This document shows positions 9,480-17,627 of a stretch of DNA of 37,947 nt, piece by piece (positions within the stretch are counted from its first letter, which is position 1; each line of letters starts with the position of its first letter). The notes beneath the pieces were generated by a model. The model worked only from the letters and a program-made list of their open reading frames with translations, had not been told where the DNA came from and did not search any database. Made by a program: the position numbers and the translations under genes. This DNA is from Balneolales bacterium (lineage in GTDB: Bacteria; Bacteroidota; Rhodothermia; Balneolales; Natronogracilivirgulaceae): the NCBI GenBank assembly GCA_007131535.1, contig SLQI01000277.1:1-37947 (forward strand). The letters run 5' to 3'.

Positions 9480-10658
9480 TTAAGCCATTTCCACGACCAG
9501 TGCTGAGGCTCCGCCCCCTCCGTTGCAGATTCCGGCACAGCCAACCTTGCTGCCGGTTTGTTTAAGCGCATTCAGCAGGGTTACAATTATTCGGGTACCG
9601 GAACAGCCAATCGGATGCCCCATGCTGACAGCCCCGCCATAGATATTCACTTTTTCGGGATCAAGCTCCAGAATCTGATTGTTGGCAATCGATACTACCG
9701 AAAAAGCTTCATTGATTTCGAATAAATCCACATCGGCTTTGGACATACCGGCTTTATCCAGTGCTTTGGGGATGGCATCGGCCGGGGCGGTAGTAAACCA
9801 CTCGGGTTCTTTGGCCGCCGAAGCCTGACTTTTGATTACGGCAATCGGGGTGATGCCAAGAGATTCGGCTTTCTCCCCGGACATAACCACCAGGGCGGCT
9901 GCTCCGTCGTTGATCGTCGACGCATTGGCGGCCGTTATGGTACCCTCTTTATCAAATACCGGCTTCAGCTTTGAGATTTTATCAAACTTCACATTAAAGA
10001 TTTCCTCGTCGCTATCCACGACTTCGGTTTCGCCTTTGCGCCCCTTTATTTTAACCGGGGTGATTTCTTCTTTAAACCGTCCGTCCTCATGGGCTTTCTG
10101 GCTTCGCCGATAAGACTGTTCGGCGTATTGGTCCTGATCTTCACGGGAAATATTGCACTCACGTGCGCAGATCTCACCGGCATTACCCATGTGAAAATCT
10201 TTGTAAACATCCCACAGACCATCTTTAATGATGCCGTCTAAGGTTTTGCCGTGCCCGAGTTTGGAGCCGAATCGCTCAGCGGGCAGGTAGTAAGGGACGT
10301 TGCTCATGCTTTCCATCCCTCCGGCTACCACAACTTCCGCATCCCCGGACTGAATCATGTTGGCGGCATACATGACAGATTTCATCCCGGATGCGCAAAC
10401 TTTATTAACGGTCGTACAAGGTGTCTTGTGTGGCAGACCGGCTTTCAAAGCGGCCTGGCGGGCCGGAGCCTGACCGATTCCGGCGGTGAGGACGCATCCC
10501 ATAATTACCTCGTCGACCTGATCGGGAGAAAGGCCGCTGTCTTTCAATACCTGGCCGATGGCTGCCGCTCCCAAGTCCGGTGCGGTTTGTTTTGCGAGTG
10601 ATCCTCCGAATGAACCTATCGGTGTGCGCCTGGCGGCTGCAATGACTACATCTTTCAT
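9480..10658 (-). CDS. Acetyl-CoA C-acetyltransferase (thiolase II)
   Basis: 392 aa starting MKDVVIAAARRTPIGSFGGSL. The active-site Cys block is VNKVCASGMKSV. C-terminal blocks are GGAVSMGHPIGCSGTRI and GICNGGGGASALVVE. Confidence 0.9.
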   Translation of the reverse strand: MKDVVIAAARRTPIGSFGGSLAKQTAPDLGAAAIGQVLKDSGLSPDQVDEVIMGCVLTAGIGQAPARQAALKAGLPHKTPCTTVNKVCASGMKSVMYAANMIQSGDAEVVVAGGMESMSNVPYYLPAERFGSKLGHGKTLDGIIKDGLWDVYKDFHMGNAGEICARECNISREDQDQYAEQSYRRSQKAHEDGRFKEEITPVKIKGRKGETEVVDSDEEIFNVKFDKISKLKPVFDKEGTITAANASTINDGAAALVVMSGEKAESLGITPIAVIKSQASAAKEPEWFTTAPADAIPKALDKAGMSKADVDLFEINEAFSVVSIANNQILELDPEKVNIYGGAVSMGHPIGCSGTRIIVTLLNALKQTGSKVGCAGICNGGGGASALVVEMA

Positions 10659-10798
10659 AATAATGGCGTTTTAATGGTTGCTGTTTACTTAATTGTTTAT
10701 CTCGTTCAATTCATTTTGATGAACCCGAATACCGTATTGGGCAAGGTCTTAACGCTACCACGAATTTGCGGATATAAGCTGCTGATAATCTCCATGAT

Positions 10799-11323
10799 TT
10801 AAATCTCCGATTCGTCCCTCCACCGGATCAGCTGCCAGGGATCCGTACTATCCGGGCGGACCAAGGTAAAACTGGCTGCTCCATCGGTACGGAGCAGATC
10901 ATTGGTCTCCAGCAGCACCGTCAGATCAAACCGGCGTACGGCTTGAGTCCGGGTTTGGTCTTCATTGATATTCATAGAGATAAAATTACTCCAATGCAGT
11001 TGTATATCCAGTGCCTGCAGGAACAGGTTATAGGTGCTGAACATATCCTCGGTCCGGCTCCAGGTGACGTCCACATTCTCGTTTTCGTCTCTGAAGGTGA
11101 ATTCAAAGTCCGGGTGCAGCAGGGGCCCGTACAAAGAAGTATCTCTCAGCTCGTATGCATTTTCAAAGCGTTGATAGAAACCTTCAATTGTGGTGGGATC
11201 TCCCAGGATATCATCCAACGGATCTTCGTCGGATTCTCCGGGCGCAAACGGGTTGATGCACCCGGAAAACCACACTCCGAGAAATAAGACCAAAGATGAT
11301 ATGGCCAACACCCGCCCGGTCAT
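10799..11323 (-). CDS. Hypothetical small lipoprotein
   Basis: The ATG at comp. 11321-11323 gives MTGRVLAISSLVLFLGVWFSGC, which has a lipobox-like Cys. The track start at 11359 is a TTG that would overlap the upstream gene by 35 nt. With the ATG start, only 1 nt separates it from the upstream TGA (comp. 11325-11327). I recognise no family. Confidence 0.6.
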   Translation of the reverse strand: MTGRVLAISSLVLFLGVWFSGCINPFAPGESDEDPLDDILGDPTTIEGFYQRFENAYELRDTSLYGPLLHPDFEFTFRDENENVDVTWSRTEDMFSTYNLFLQALDIQLHWSNFISMNINEDQTRTQAVRRFDLTVLLETNDLLRTDGAASFTLVRPDSTDPWQLIRWRDESEI

Positions 11324-11324
11324 A

Positions 11325-12470
11325 TCAGATGGAGTCCAGAGCCTTGTCGAGATCGGCAATCAAGTCCGACTCATCTTCGATCCCAACGGAAAGCCGGATG
11401 AGAGAATCACTAAGACCGGCCTTGATGCGCTCCTCACGAGGAATGGAGGCATGAGTCATACTTGAAGGGTGGCTGATCAAAGATTCCACACCACCGAGGC
11501 TTTCGGCCAGTGTGAACACTTTCGTGGCGCTCATCATATCGTGGGCTTTTTGCACGGAATCGTCTTTCAGGCTGAAAGAAACCATAGCCCCGAAACCGGA
11601 CATCTGCTGTTTTGCTATGTTATGTCCCGGATGGTCTTCAAAACCGGGATAGAGCACTTTGCCGACTTTGGGATGCTCGCGAAGGTGATGTGCGATAGCT
11701 TTGGCATTGTCGCAGGAGCGCTCCATGCGTACGGCCAGCGTTTTGGCACCCCGGAGGGCAAGGTAACAGTCCATCGGACCCGGAACTGCCCCGGTAGTTT
11801 TTACCTGAAACCTGATTTTTTCCATGATCTCCTCGTTCGAAGAACAAACGGCCCCGTGGATCAAATCGGAGTGGCCTCCCAGATATTTGGTGGCCGAATG
11901 AACGACCATATCAATTCCCAGCTCCAGCGGCTGCTGCAGATAGGGGGAGGCAAAAGTATTATCCACCGCGCTGATCAGCTTGTGTTTCTTCGACAGGTCC
12001 ACCATGGCCGGAATATCTACGATATTGAGCAGCGGATTGGTCGGTGTTTCGATCCACAACATTTTCGTGTTGTCGGTAATGGCGGCGGCAGTCTCATCAA
12101 CCGAAGCCATATTCACAAAAGTGAAATTGATGCCAAGCGGCTGAAATACCTCGGTAAACAGGCGGTATGTGCCCCCGTACAAATCGTTGGAAGAGACGAC
12201 ATGATCGCCCGGACGCAGCATTTTGATGACGGCGTCCATAGCCGCGCATCCACTGGCAAAACTTGCGCACTGATCCGCATTTTCAAGACTGGCCAGCAGG
12301 TCTTCAAAAGCCGTTCGGGTCGGATTCGTAACCCTGGCGTATTCATGACCTTGATGTTTGCCGGGGGCTTCCTGAGCAAATGTGGAAGTTTGAAAAATGG
12401 GCGGCATCACAGCTCCGGTAGTTTCCTCAGGATGCTGTCCTCCGTGAATGGTTCGGGTATTGAATTTCAT
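11325..12470 (-). CDS. PLP-dependent Cys/Met-metabolism enzyme (cystathionine gamma-synthase, beta-lyase or gamma-lyase family)
   Basis: 381 aa starting MKFNTRTIHGGQ. The PLP-lysine block is VVHSATKYLGGHSDL and a C-terminal block is GGVESLISHPSSMTHASIP. Specificity (MetB, MetC or CGL) cannot be decided by eye. Confidence 0.85.
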   Translation of the reverse strand: MKFNTRTIHGGQHPEETTGAVMPPIFQTSTFAQEAPGKHQGHEYARVTNPTRTAFEDLLASLENADQCASFASGCAAMDAVIKMLRPGDHVVSSNDLYGGTYRLFTEVFQPLGINFTFVNMASVDETAAAITDNTKMLWIETPTNPLLNIVDIPAMVDLSKKHKLISAVDNTFASPYLQQPLELGIDMVVHSATKYLGGHSDLIHGAVCSSNEEIMEKIRFQVKTTGAVPGPMDCYLALRGAKTLAVRMERSCDNAKAIAHHLREHPKVGKVLYPGFEDHPGHNIAKQQMSGFGAMVSFSLKDDSVQKAHDMMSATKVFTLAESLGGVESLISHPSSMTHASIPREERIKAGLSDSLIRLSVGIEDESDLIADLDKALDSI

Positions 12471-12767
12471 GAAAGCGCTTTTTTGAATGATTTAGAAATA
12501 ATTTCGATAAACTATCAATACAATATAGTTGGTTATTAGCGCAGTTCACAACCCGGAGTTTAGAATGTGGATGGTAATGATCGATTAGTTTTAGCCACGG
12601 ATCTGCACGGATTAAAGCGGATGGTAAGGGCTATATCAAGCTGTCCGCCCACGCACAGGCCTGGAGTTTTCTGACCATCATCAAATTCATGTTGAATCCA
12701 CGGTTAAAAAAAGGCCACCTGCGATTGTGTTTCCAGCCCGAATTAGTTTCAAGAAAATCATGCAAAT

Positions 12768-12806
12768 AAAAAAAGCGGCAGAAATTTGCTTCCGCCGCTT
12801 TTTTTT
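12768..12806 (-). terminator. Bidirectional-looking rho-independent terminator after the TPR lipoprotein pair
   Basis: The sequence is A7, GCGGCAGAA, a 6-nt loop, TTCCGCCGC, then T8. That gives 8 bp plus one mismatch. Read on the minus strand the hairpin is followed by T7, about 20 nt past the stop at 12829. Confidence 0.7.
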
Positions 12807-12828
12807 GAAACTGGTTGTTCCGGTAAAA

Positions 12829-14067
12829 TTATTCAAATTGCTCCCGGGCATGGTCGGCTTTTTCCGTCTGATCGGTAAAAGAATAAAGTTGAAACAGCGA
12901 CTCCCAGTAATAGGCCGGATCGTCGGTTTGTTCAACAATTTCTTCAAAAAGCTCAATGGCAGAATGTGCGTACTGATCTACGAGATGATTAAGTTCTTCG
13001 AGATATTCATCGCTGCCAACGCCGGTTCGGATATCGGAAAGTTTAGCCGTCAGATTCTGATAAAAAATCGCTCGGGCCGAAATGATATCTTCTGAAGAAG
13101 GAGCCAGTTCTTCGGCTTCGAGAAATTTGTTTTCAGCTTGTTCAGCATAGCTTAGGGCATTATTAAAGGCAGACCTGGTTTCATCATCGAGTGGGTTGCT
13201 GCGGTATAGCTCGATCCATTGCTCAAACCTCTGAACCGAGATGCCGTAAAACTGCTTGGCATAGGTAAGGGTATAGTCCGGGTTATCCGGGTTTTGGCGG
13301 ATAATATCTTCCAGAATCTCTACAGCTTTGTAATGCTCCCCGGCTTGTTTGAGGGTATTGACTAAACCGTGTGACAGATTCAGGTCTTCATATCCGCGAT
13401 CTTGGAGTTTATGGTATGAAGTCAGTGCCTGCTCATATCTTCCGGCATGGACAGCCAGATAGGCATGCCGCTCAATCAAAGGTTGATGAAAATCGGGCAT
13501 ACGGTCGACGGCCCGATCAAGCATTTCAAATGCCTGTCCGGCATCATCGAGTTTAAGGTAGGCGTCTGATGCAAGCTCATACGATGAAATGCTATCCGGT
13601 TCAATTATGATGGCATTGTGCAAGTAAGCCAATGCGAGGTCTGCTTCATCACTCCCGATATTTTCGGCTTCTTTCAGTTTGGTGTAACCGAGGTTGTGTT
13701 CATTACTCCAGGAGGATTTTATCAGGTATTCAATATCGGAAGTAAGGCTTCTGCGTCTTTGATCTTCCAGTAGTGAAAGGGCCGAATCAAAAGACGCTCT
13801 CATGTTCCGGTAGTATTCTTCACGTTGTGATATGGCATTTTCATCCATAGCCATTTCGTGATAGACAACCCCCAGATAGTAGTGAGCCTCGGCGTCCTCC
13901 GGGTCATTTTCTATTGCGGTTTCAGCGGCTTGAAGCGCGGTGCGTAAATCGCCGTCATTGATATGCTCCCTCGTGTTTTCGATGTAGGGGTTGGGGGCAC
14001 TGCAACCAAATAAGAACCCGAATGCAAGCACAAGGCCTGCGATTCGGGTTGAATGGGGTATTACCAT
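12829..14067 (-). CDS. TPR-repeat lipoprotein (paralog A)
   Basis: 412 aa. Lipoprotein signal is MVIPHSTRIAGLVLAFGFLFGCS. TPR-like A/Y/L periodicity runs throughout (for example AEAHYYLGVVYHEM and NPDNPDYTLTYAKQFY). It is clearly similar to the next ORF. Confidence 0.75.
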   Translation of the reverse strand: MVIPHSTRIAGLVLAFGFLFGCSAPNPYIENTREHINDGDLRTALQAAETAIENDPEDAEAHYYLGVVYHEMAMDENAISQREEYYRNMRASFDSALSLLEDQRRRSLTSDIEYLIKSSWSNEHNLGYTKLKEAENIGSDEADLALAYLHNAIIIEPDSISSYELASDAYLKLDDAGQAFEMLDRAVDRMPDFHQPLIERHAYLAVHAGRYEQALTSYHKLQDRGYEDLNLSHGLVNTLKQAGEHYKAVEILEDIIRQNPDNPDYTLTYAKQFYGISVQRFEQWIELYRSNPLDDETRSAFNNALSYAEQAENKFLEAEELAPSSEDIISARAIFYQNLTAKLSDIRTGVGSDEYLEELNHLVDQYAHSAIELFEEIVEQTDDPAYYWESLFQLYSFTDQTEKADHAREQFE

Positions 14068-14103
14068 ATGGATTTGAGAAAAATTAAAAGATTAGCAAAA
14101 GGA

Positions 14104-15471
14104 TTAATGTTGCTGTTGCTGCTGATCTTGCTGCATTGGCATATCATCAAATCCGGCTTTTTCCTGAGCCTCGAGCGCTTTTTCTTCTTCGCCAAGGGTC
14201 ACATAAATTTCAAACAGTGACCTCCAGCTCTCCTGGTCGTCCGGGTCGATTTCTACAGCTTTCTCAAAATAGGGAATGGCTTCGCGCAGAAAATCCCGAG
14301 CCTGGGCATCATGTTGATCTATTTCCTCAGGGTCGTTGGAAATATTGCGCTTGTCAATTTCATTAGCCCCCTTGTTTTGATAGATAATCCCGAGGGTATG
14401 ATAGATGGCCGGATCTTCAGGAGCCATTTCTTCAGCCTGGCGTAGTTCGGTAACGGCCTCATCAATAAACCGACCGGCTTCTTCTTCGTACTCAGCCCGC
14501 TTTTCTTCCAGTTCGTGGATGACTTCTTCCATCTCATCGAGCTGCTCTTCGGTGAAACCTTCCTCACGAGCCGCTTCCTGGATTTCGCGTCGCTGATCCA
14601 TTATTTGCTCGTTGATCTCCCGGATGTCATCGTCAATTCTAAGAGCAATCTGATACATCTGGGTCGCATAGACAATACGATACTCGGGGTTATCCGGGTC
14701 AGCCTCGATCAAATCAGAAACGGCATCGATAGCCTCATCGGTTCGGCCTTCTTCAAAATACATGTAGGCAAGCTCCTGCACGATCTCAATTTCATCCGGA
14801 AACCGGTCACGGGCATCCAGCATGATGTCGATCGCTTCGGAAAACTCATCTTTTTGCTGATAGAAGTTGGCCAGGCGATAGTAGCTGTACAAGTCGTCGG
14901 TTTTGCCGAGATCGTCAAGAATTGCCCGGGTTACCTGAATGGCTTCATCATATTCGCCGAGTGCGGCATGAACTTCAGCCAATACGGAATAGGGCTGAAT
15001 GGAGTCGGGCTGAATCGTCTTGGAGTTGATGAAGTGATACTTGGCCAGTTCAAGAGAATCTCGCTCTGAGCTGACAATGTCATCGCTCAGCATTTCGATT
15101 CCGGTGTTAAACTCGGTACCCCAGATTTCAAATATAAACTCCTCCATGTCGTCCTTGTCACTGCCAATGGTAGTGGTTTGGGCGTCATAGAGTTCCAAGG
15201 CCGTATCGAACAGACCGCGTGCTTCCCGGTAATCCGGTTCGCGTTCTTTTGGATCCCCGGCAAAAGCGCGTGAAGCCAGGGCAACCCCTTTTAAGTGAAA
15301 TCCTTCGGCATTGCTGGAATCGGCTTCAATGGCAGCATCAGCACTTTCTATGGCTGCGTCGTAATCCTCTGTCAGTAGAGAAAGACGAGCCGATTCAATA
15401 TTCGGATCAGTACCGCATGCTGCCAGAAAAATTAATAGTGCCGGAAGCAATATCGGATAAAAGCGTTTCAT
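14104..15471 (-). CDS. TPR-repeat lipoprotein (paralog B) with an E-rich coiled-coil insert and a poly-Q tail
   Basis: 455 aa. Lipoprotein signal is MKRFYPILLPALLIFLAACG. It has TPR-like repeats; DPDNPEYRIVYATQMYQIAL matches NPDNPDYTLTYAKQFYGISV of paralog A. The C-terminus is QQDQQQQQH. Confidence 0.75.
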   Translation of the reverse strand: MKRFYPILLPALLIFLAACGTDPNIESARLSLLTEDYDAAIESADAAIEADSSNAEGFHLKGVALASRAFAGDPKEREPDYREARGLFDTALELYDAQTTTIGSDKDDMEEFIFEIWGTEFNTGIEMLSDDIVSSERDSLELAKYHFINSKTIQPDSIQPYSVLAEVHAALGEYDEAIQVTRAILDDLGKTDDLYSYYRLANFYQQKDEFSEAIDIMLDARDRFPDEIEIVQELAYMYFEEGRTDEAIDAVSDLIEADPDNPEYRIVYATQMYQIALRIDDDIREINEQIMDQRREIQEAAREEGFTEEQLDEMEEVIHELEEKRAEYEEEAGRFIDEAVTELRQAEEMAPEDPAIYHTLGIIYQNKGANEIDKRNISNDPEEIDQHDAQARDFLREAIPYFEKAVEIDPDDQESWRSLFEIYVTLGEEEKALEAQEKAGFDDMPMQQDQQQQQH

Positions 15472-15667
15472 GATTTTTGCTTTATGTTAAACTTGTATTT
15501 CCAATTTGATAAATCTACGTATAGATGGTACTATTCTCAATACGTATTCTAATCCTTGCATAGTACCCCGTAGAATATAGAATTGACTATGATTTGAGGT
15601 GAAAATAGCAGAATAATTATTTAAGATAAACTTGCATAAACCGTAACATCACAATTATTTAAAAACT

Positions 15668-16051
15668 ATGACACGAAGAAAAGTTATTCATACCCCCAAT
15701 GCTCCGGAAGCCATCGGACCTTATAGCCAGGCTATTGATACCGGTGATGTGATCTATGTTTCCGGTCAAATTCCCATCGACCCGAAAACCGGTGCTTTTG
15801 CCGGGGAAGATATCAGCACACAAACCCGGCAGGTAATGGAAAATGTAAAAGCAATTGTTGAGGCTGCCGGTTCATCCATGGATAGAGTCATAAAATGCAG
15901 CATATTCCTTGCTGATATGGGTGACTTTCAAACCGTAAATGAGATCTATGGCTCTTATTTCGGTGATGAGCCACCGGCTCGTGAAGCTATTGCTGTTAAA
16001 ACTCTTCCCAAAAATGCCAGGGTTGAGGTAAGCTGCATTACCGGCAAGTAA
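15668..16051 (+). CDS. ridA: RidA/YjgF-family reactive-intermediate deaminase
   Basis: 127 aa with the blocks IHTPNAPEAIGPYSQAI, VSGQIPIDPKTG, VKCSIFLADMGDF and PAREAIAVKTLPKNARVEV. Confidence 0.9.
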   Translation: MTRRKVIHTPNAPEAIGPYSQAIDTGDVIYVSGQIPIDPKTGAFAGEDISTQTRQVMENVKAIVEAAGSSMDRVIKCSIFLADMGDFQTVNEIYGSYFGDEPPAREAIAVKTLPKNARVEVSCITGK

Positions 16052-16139
16052 GCGCACATTCCAGGCGGAAGTTCAGGGTTGGCTGTTTCTCAATTAAGTT
16101 TCCATCGAGACCGGCTTAGTGAGCTTCCGCTTTCATTGT

Positions 16140-17627
16140 TCAAAAAACCTGGCCACGCCTCCAGCGATCCAGTATATACTGATAGTCCCGGTCGTAATAC
16201 CGGCTGCGTTGCAATATGTAATTGTTACCCGGGTAGGCCCGGCCGGTACTTCTACTGCGTTCAAAAATAAAAGTTCCGGCATTCATCCCGCGGTCCCGGG
16301 TATAGTACCACACCATTCCGTCAATTGAGCGTTCCTGATGATCCGGCGGGCCGTACAGGATATAGATCATGCCGGGATCGGTTTTCCAGCCCGGCTTATG
16401 GTTGGAAAACATCAGGTTGGCTTCTTCAACCCTGGAGAAATACCGGCGGATCATATTTTTGGCCATGTTCCGGTTTTGGTAAAGACCGACAAAAAAAGCT
16501 TCAAAGTTTTTCCGGAGCGTGTCAGGATTTTCAGCTGTCACAATTTGATCAAACTCCCGGGCGCGGGTAATGTAGATCAGAGCTTGTGCCATTTCTTTAA
16601 TTTCGGTGATATACGGGAACCCCTCGGGCATCACCGCAAAGTCACGGGCACGGTAAATCAGCTCATCGTTATCCTCATCAACCAGATCCGAAGACTCAAC
16701 CTCTAACCGGTAATTGCCTTGATCTAATGGTGGGAGTTCGAATTCAATTTCAACTACTCCTTCGAGTTGAGAGATTTCCCGCGAAACCGACTGCAAAGTA
16801 TCCGGCTCGCTATAGTCAATACCCCTGTATTGCAGGCTGCCTTGTAAAGGAGTGTGCATGAAAGGCAGACGTGCCGGTTCGGCATCATAGTCAAACTTCA
16901 GCAGCCGCATGTTAAATTCCGCCTGTTCTTCAATGCCATCGATATACAGCTGGATAGAACTTTTGAGCGAATCGTATCCCTCTTCAAGGTGGTAGCCGGA
17001 TTCCGGGCGGAAGTAATCCCCGGTAAGGCTGAGTAAACGCAGTTGTCCCATTACGAGCTTTTTCTGCCTCAGGTCGGGTATTTCAATATTTTGCTCCCGG
17101 GAAAAGTCTTTATTGGTTGAATTATCCGTTACCGTGGTATTGATTCGATATTTACCCGGCTCCAGTGAGTACAGGGAGATATGGCGGTAGGTGCCGGATG
17201 GGGTATTTGTATCGGGGGAGTCCGTTATCAGCGTATCTTCGAGGATATCATTGTAGACCGTCCTGTAGCTGTCAGAGTCATCCGGGTTCTGTTTCAGGAT
17301 TTGAATACGCTTGGTGATCACGGAGGAAAACTGATCCTCAGAAGATTTTCGGAAGTAGAGGTTGTTTTCCGGGATCTTAAACTCAATTTGCAGGTTATCT
17401 TCGTACTCAGGCTGTATCGGATTATAGACGGATAAATTGTAGCCGGGGTATCCCGGAGAATACAGCTCAATTTGCCCGTGCTCAATGAATGCTTCTTTAC
17501 CCGTGCCGCAGGCGGCTAATCCGAATGCAAGGGCAGGCAACAGCAGAAGGGAAATACTATCTTTGAATCTTGAAAGTTTTCCTGGCAATATTTTCGGATT
17601 TGTCGGGAACCACCACTTTAAGCTCAT
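16140..17627 (-). CDS. GWxTD-domain protein (probable lipoprotein)
   Basis: The C-terminal GWxTD signature is KPGWKTDPGMIYILYGPPDHQERS...WYY. The N-terminus has LLLLPALAFGLAACG, a lipobox. The start is uncertain. The track start at 17759 lies 200 nt inside the upstream gene. The first ATG is comp. 17625-17627 (71-nt overlap). A TTG at comp. 17586-17588 gives a cleaner signal peptide (32-nt overlap). Confidence 0.75.
   Translation of the reverse strand: MSLKWWFPTNPKILPGKLSRFKDSISLLLLPALAFGLAACGTGKEAFIEHGQIELYSPGYPGYNLSVYNPIQPEYEDNLQIEFKIPENNLYFRKSSEDQFSSVITKRIQILKQNPDDSDSYRTVYNDILEDTLITDSPDTNTPSGTYRHISLYSLEPGKYRINTTVTDNSTNKDFSREQNIEIPDLRQKKLVMGQLRLLSLTGDYFRPESGYHLEEGYDSLKSSIQLYIDGIEEQAEFNMRLLKFDYDAEPARLPFMHTPLQGSLQYRGIDYSEPDTLQSVSREISQLEGVVEIEFELPPLDQGNYRLEVESSDLVDEDNDELIYRARDFAVMPEGFPYITEIKEMAQALIYITRAREFDQIVTAENPDTLRKNFEAFFVGLYQNRNMAKNMIRRYFSRVEEANLMFSNHKPGWKTDPGMIYILYGPPDHQERSIDGMVWYYTRDRGMNAGTFIFERSRSTGRAYPGNNYILQRSRYYDRDYQYILDRWRRGQVF

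Noticed and set aside
11469-12539. 356-aa plus-strand ORF
   Set aside because: It is exactly antisense to the well-supported PLP enzyme gene. Its sequence is low-complexity and rich in H, R and G with no motifs, which is typical of an antisense shadow.
12471-12767. Expected a SAM riboswitch upstream of the Cys/Met enzyme
   Set aside because: I could not find the conserved SAM-I core words (GAGGGA, GCAACC, AGATGA context) or a convincing multi-stem junction on the minus strand. It is kept only as a low-interest long leader pending cmscan.
14104-14135. CAG/CAA-rich run at the 3' end of the TPR gene
   Set aside because: It simply encodes the poly-Q tail. There is no evidence of a slippage-prone perfect repeat or phase-variation tract.
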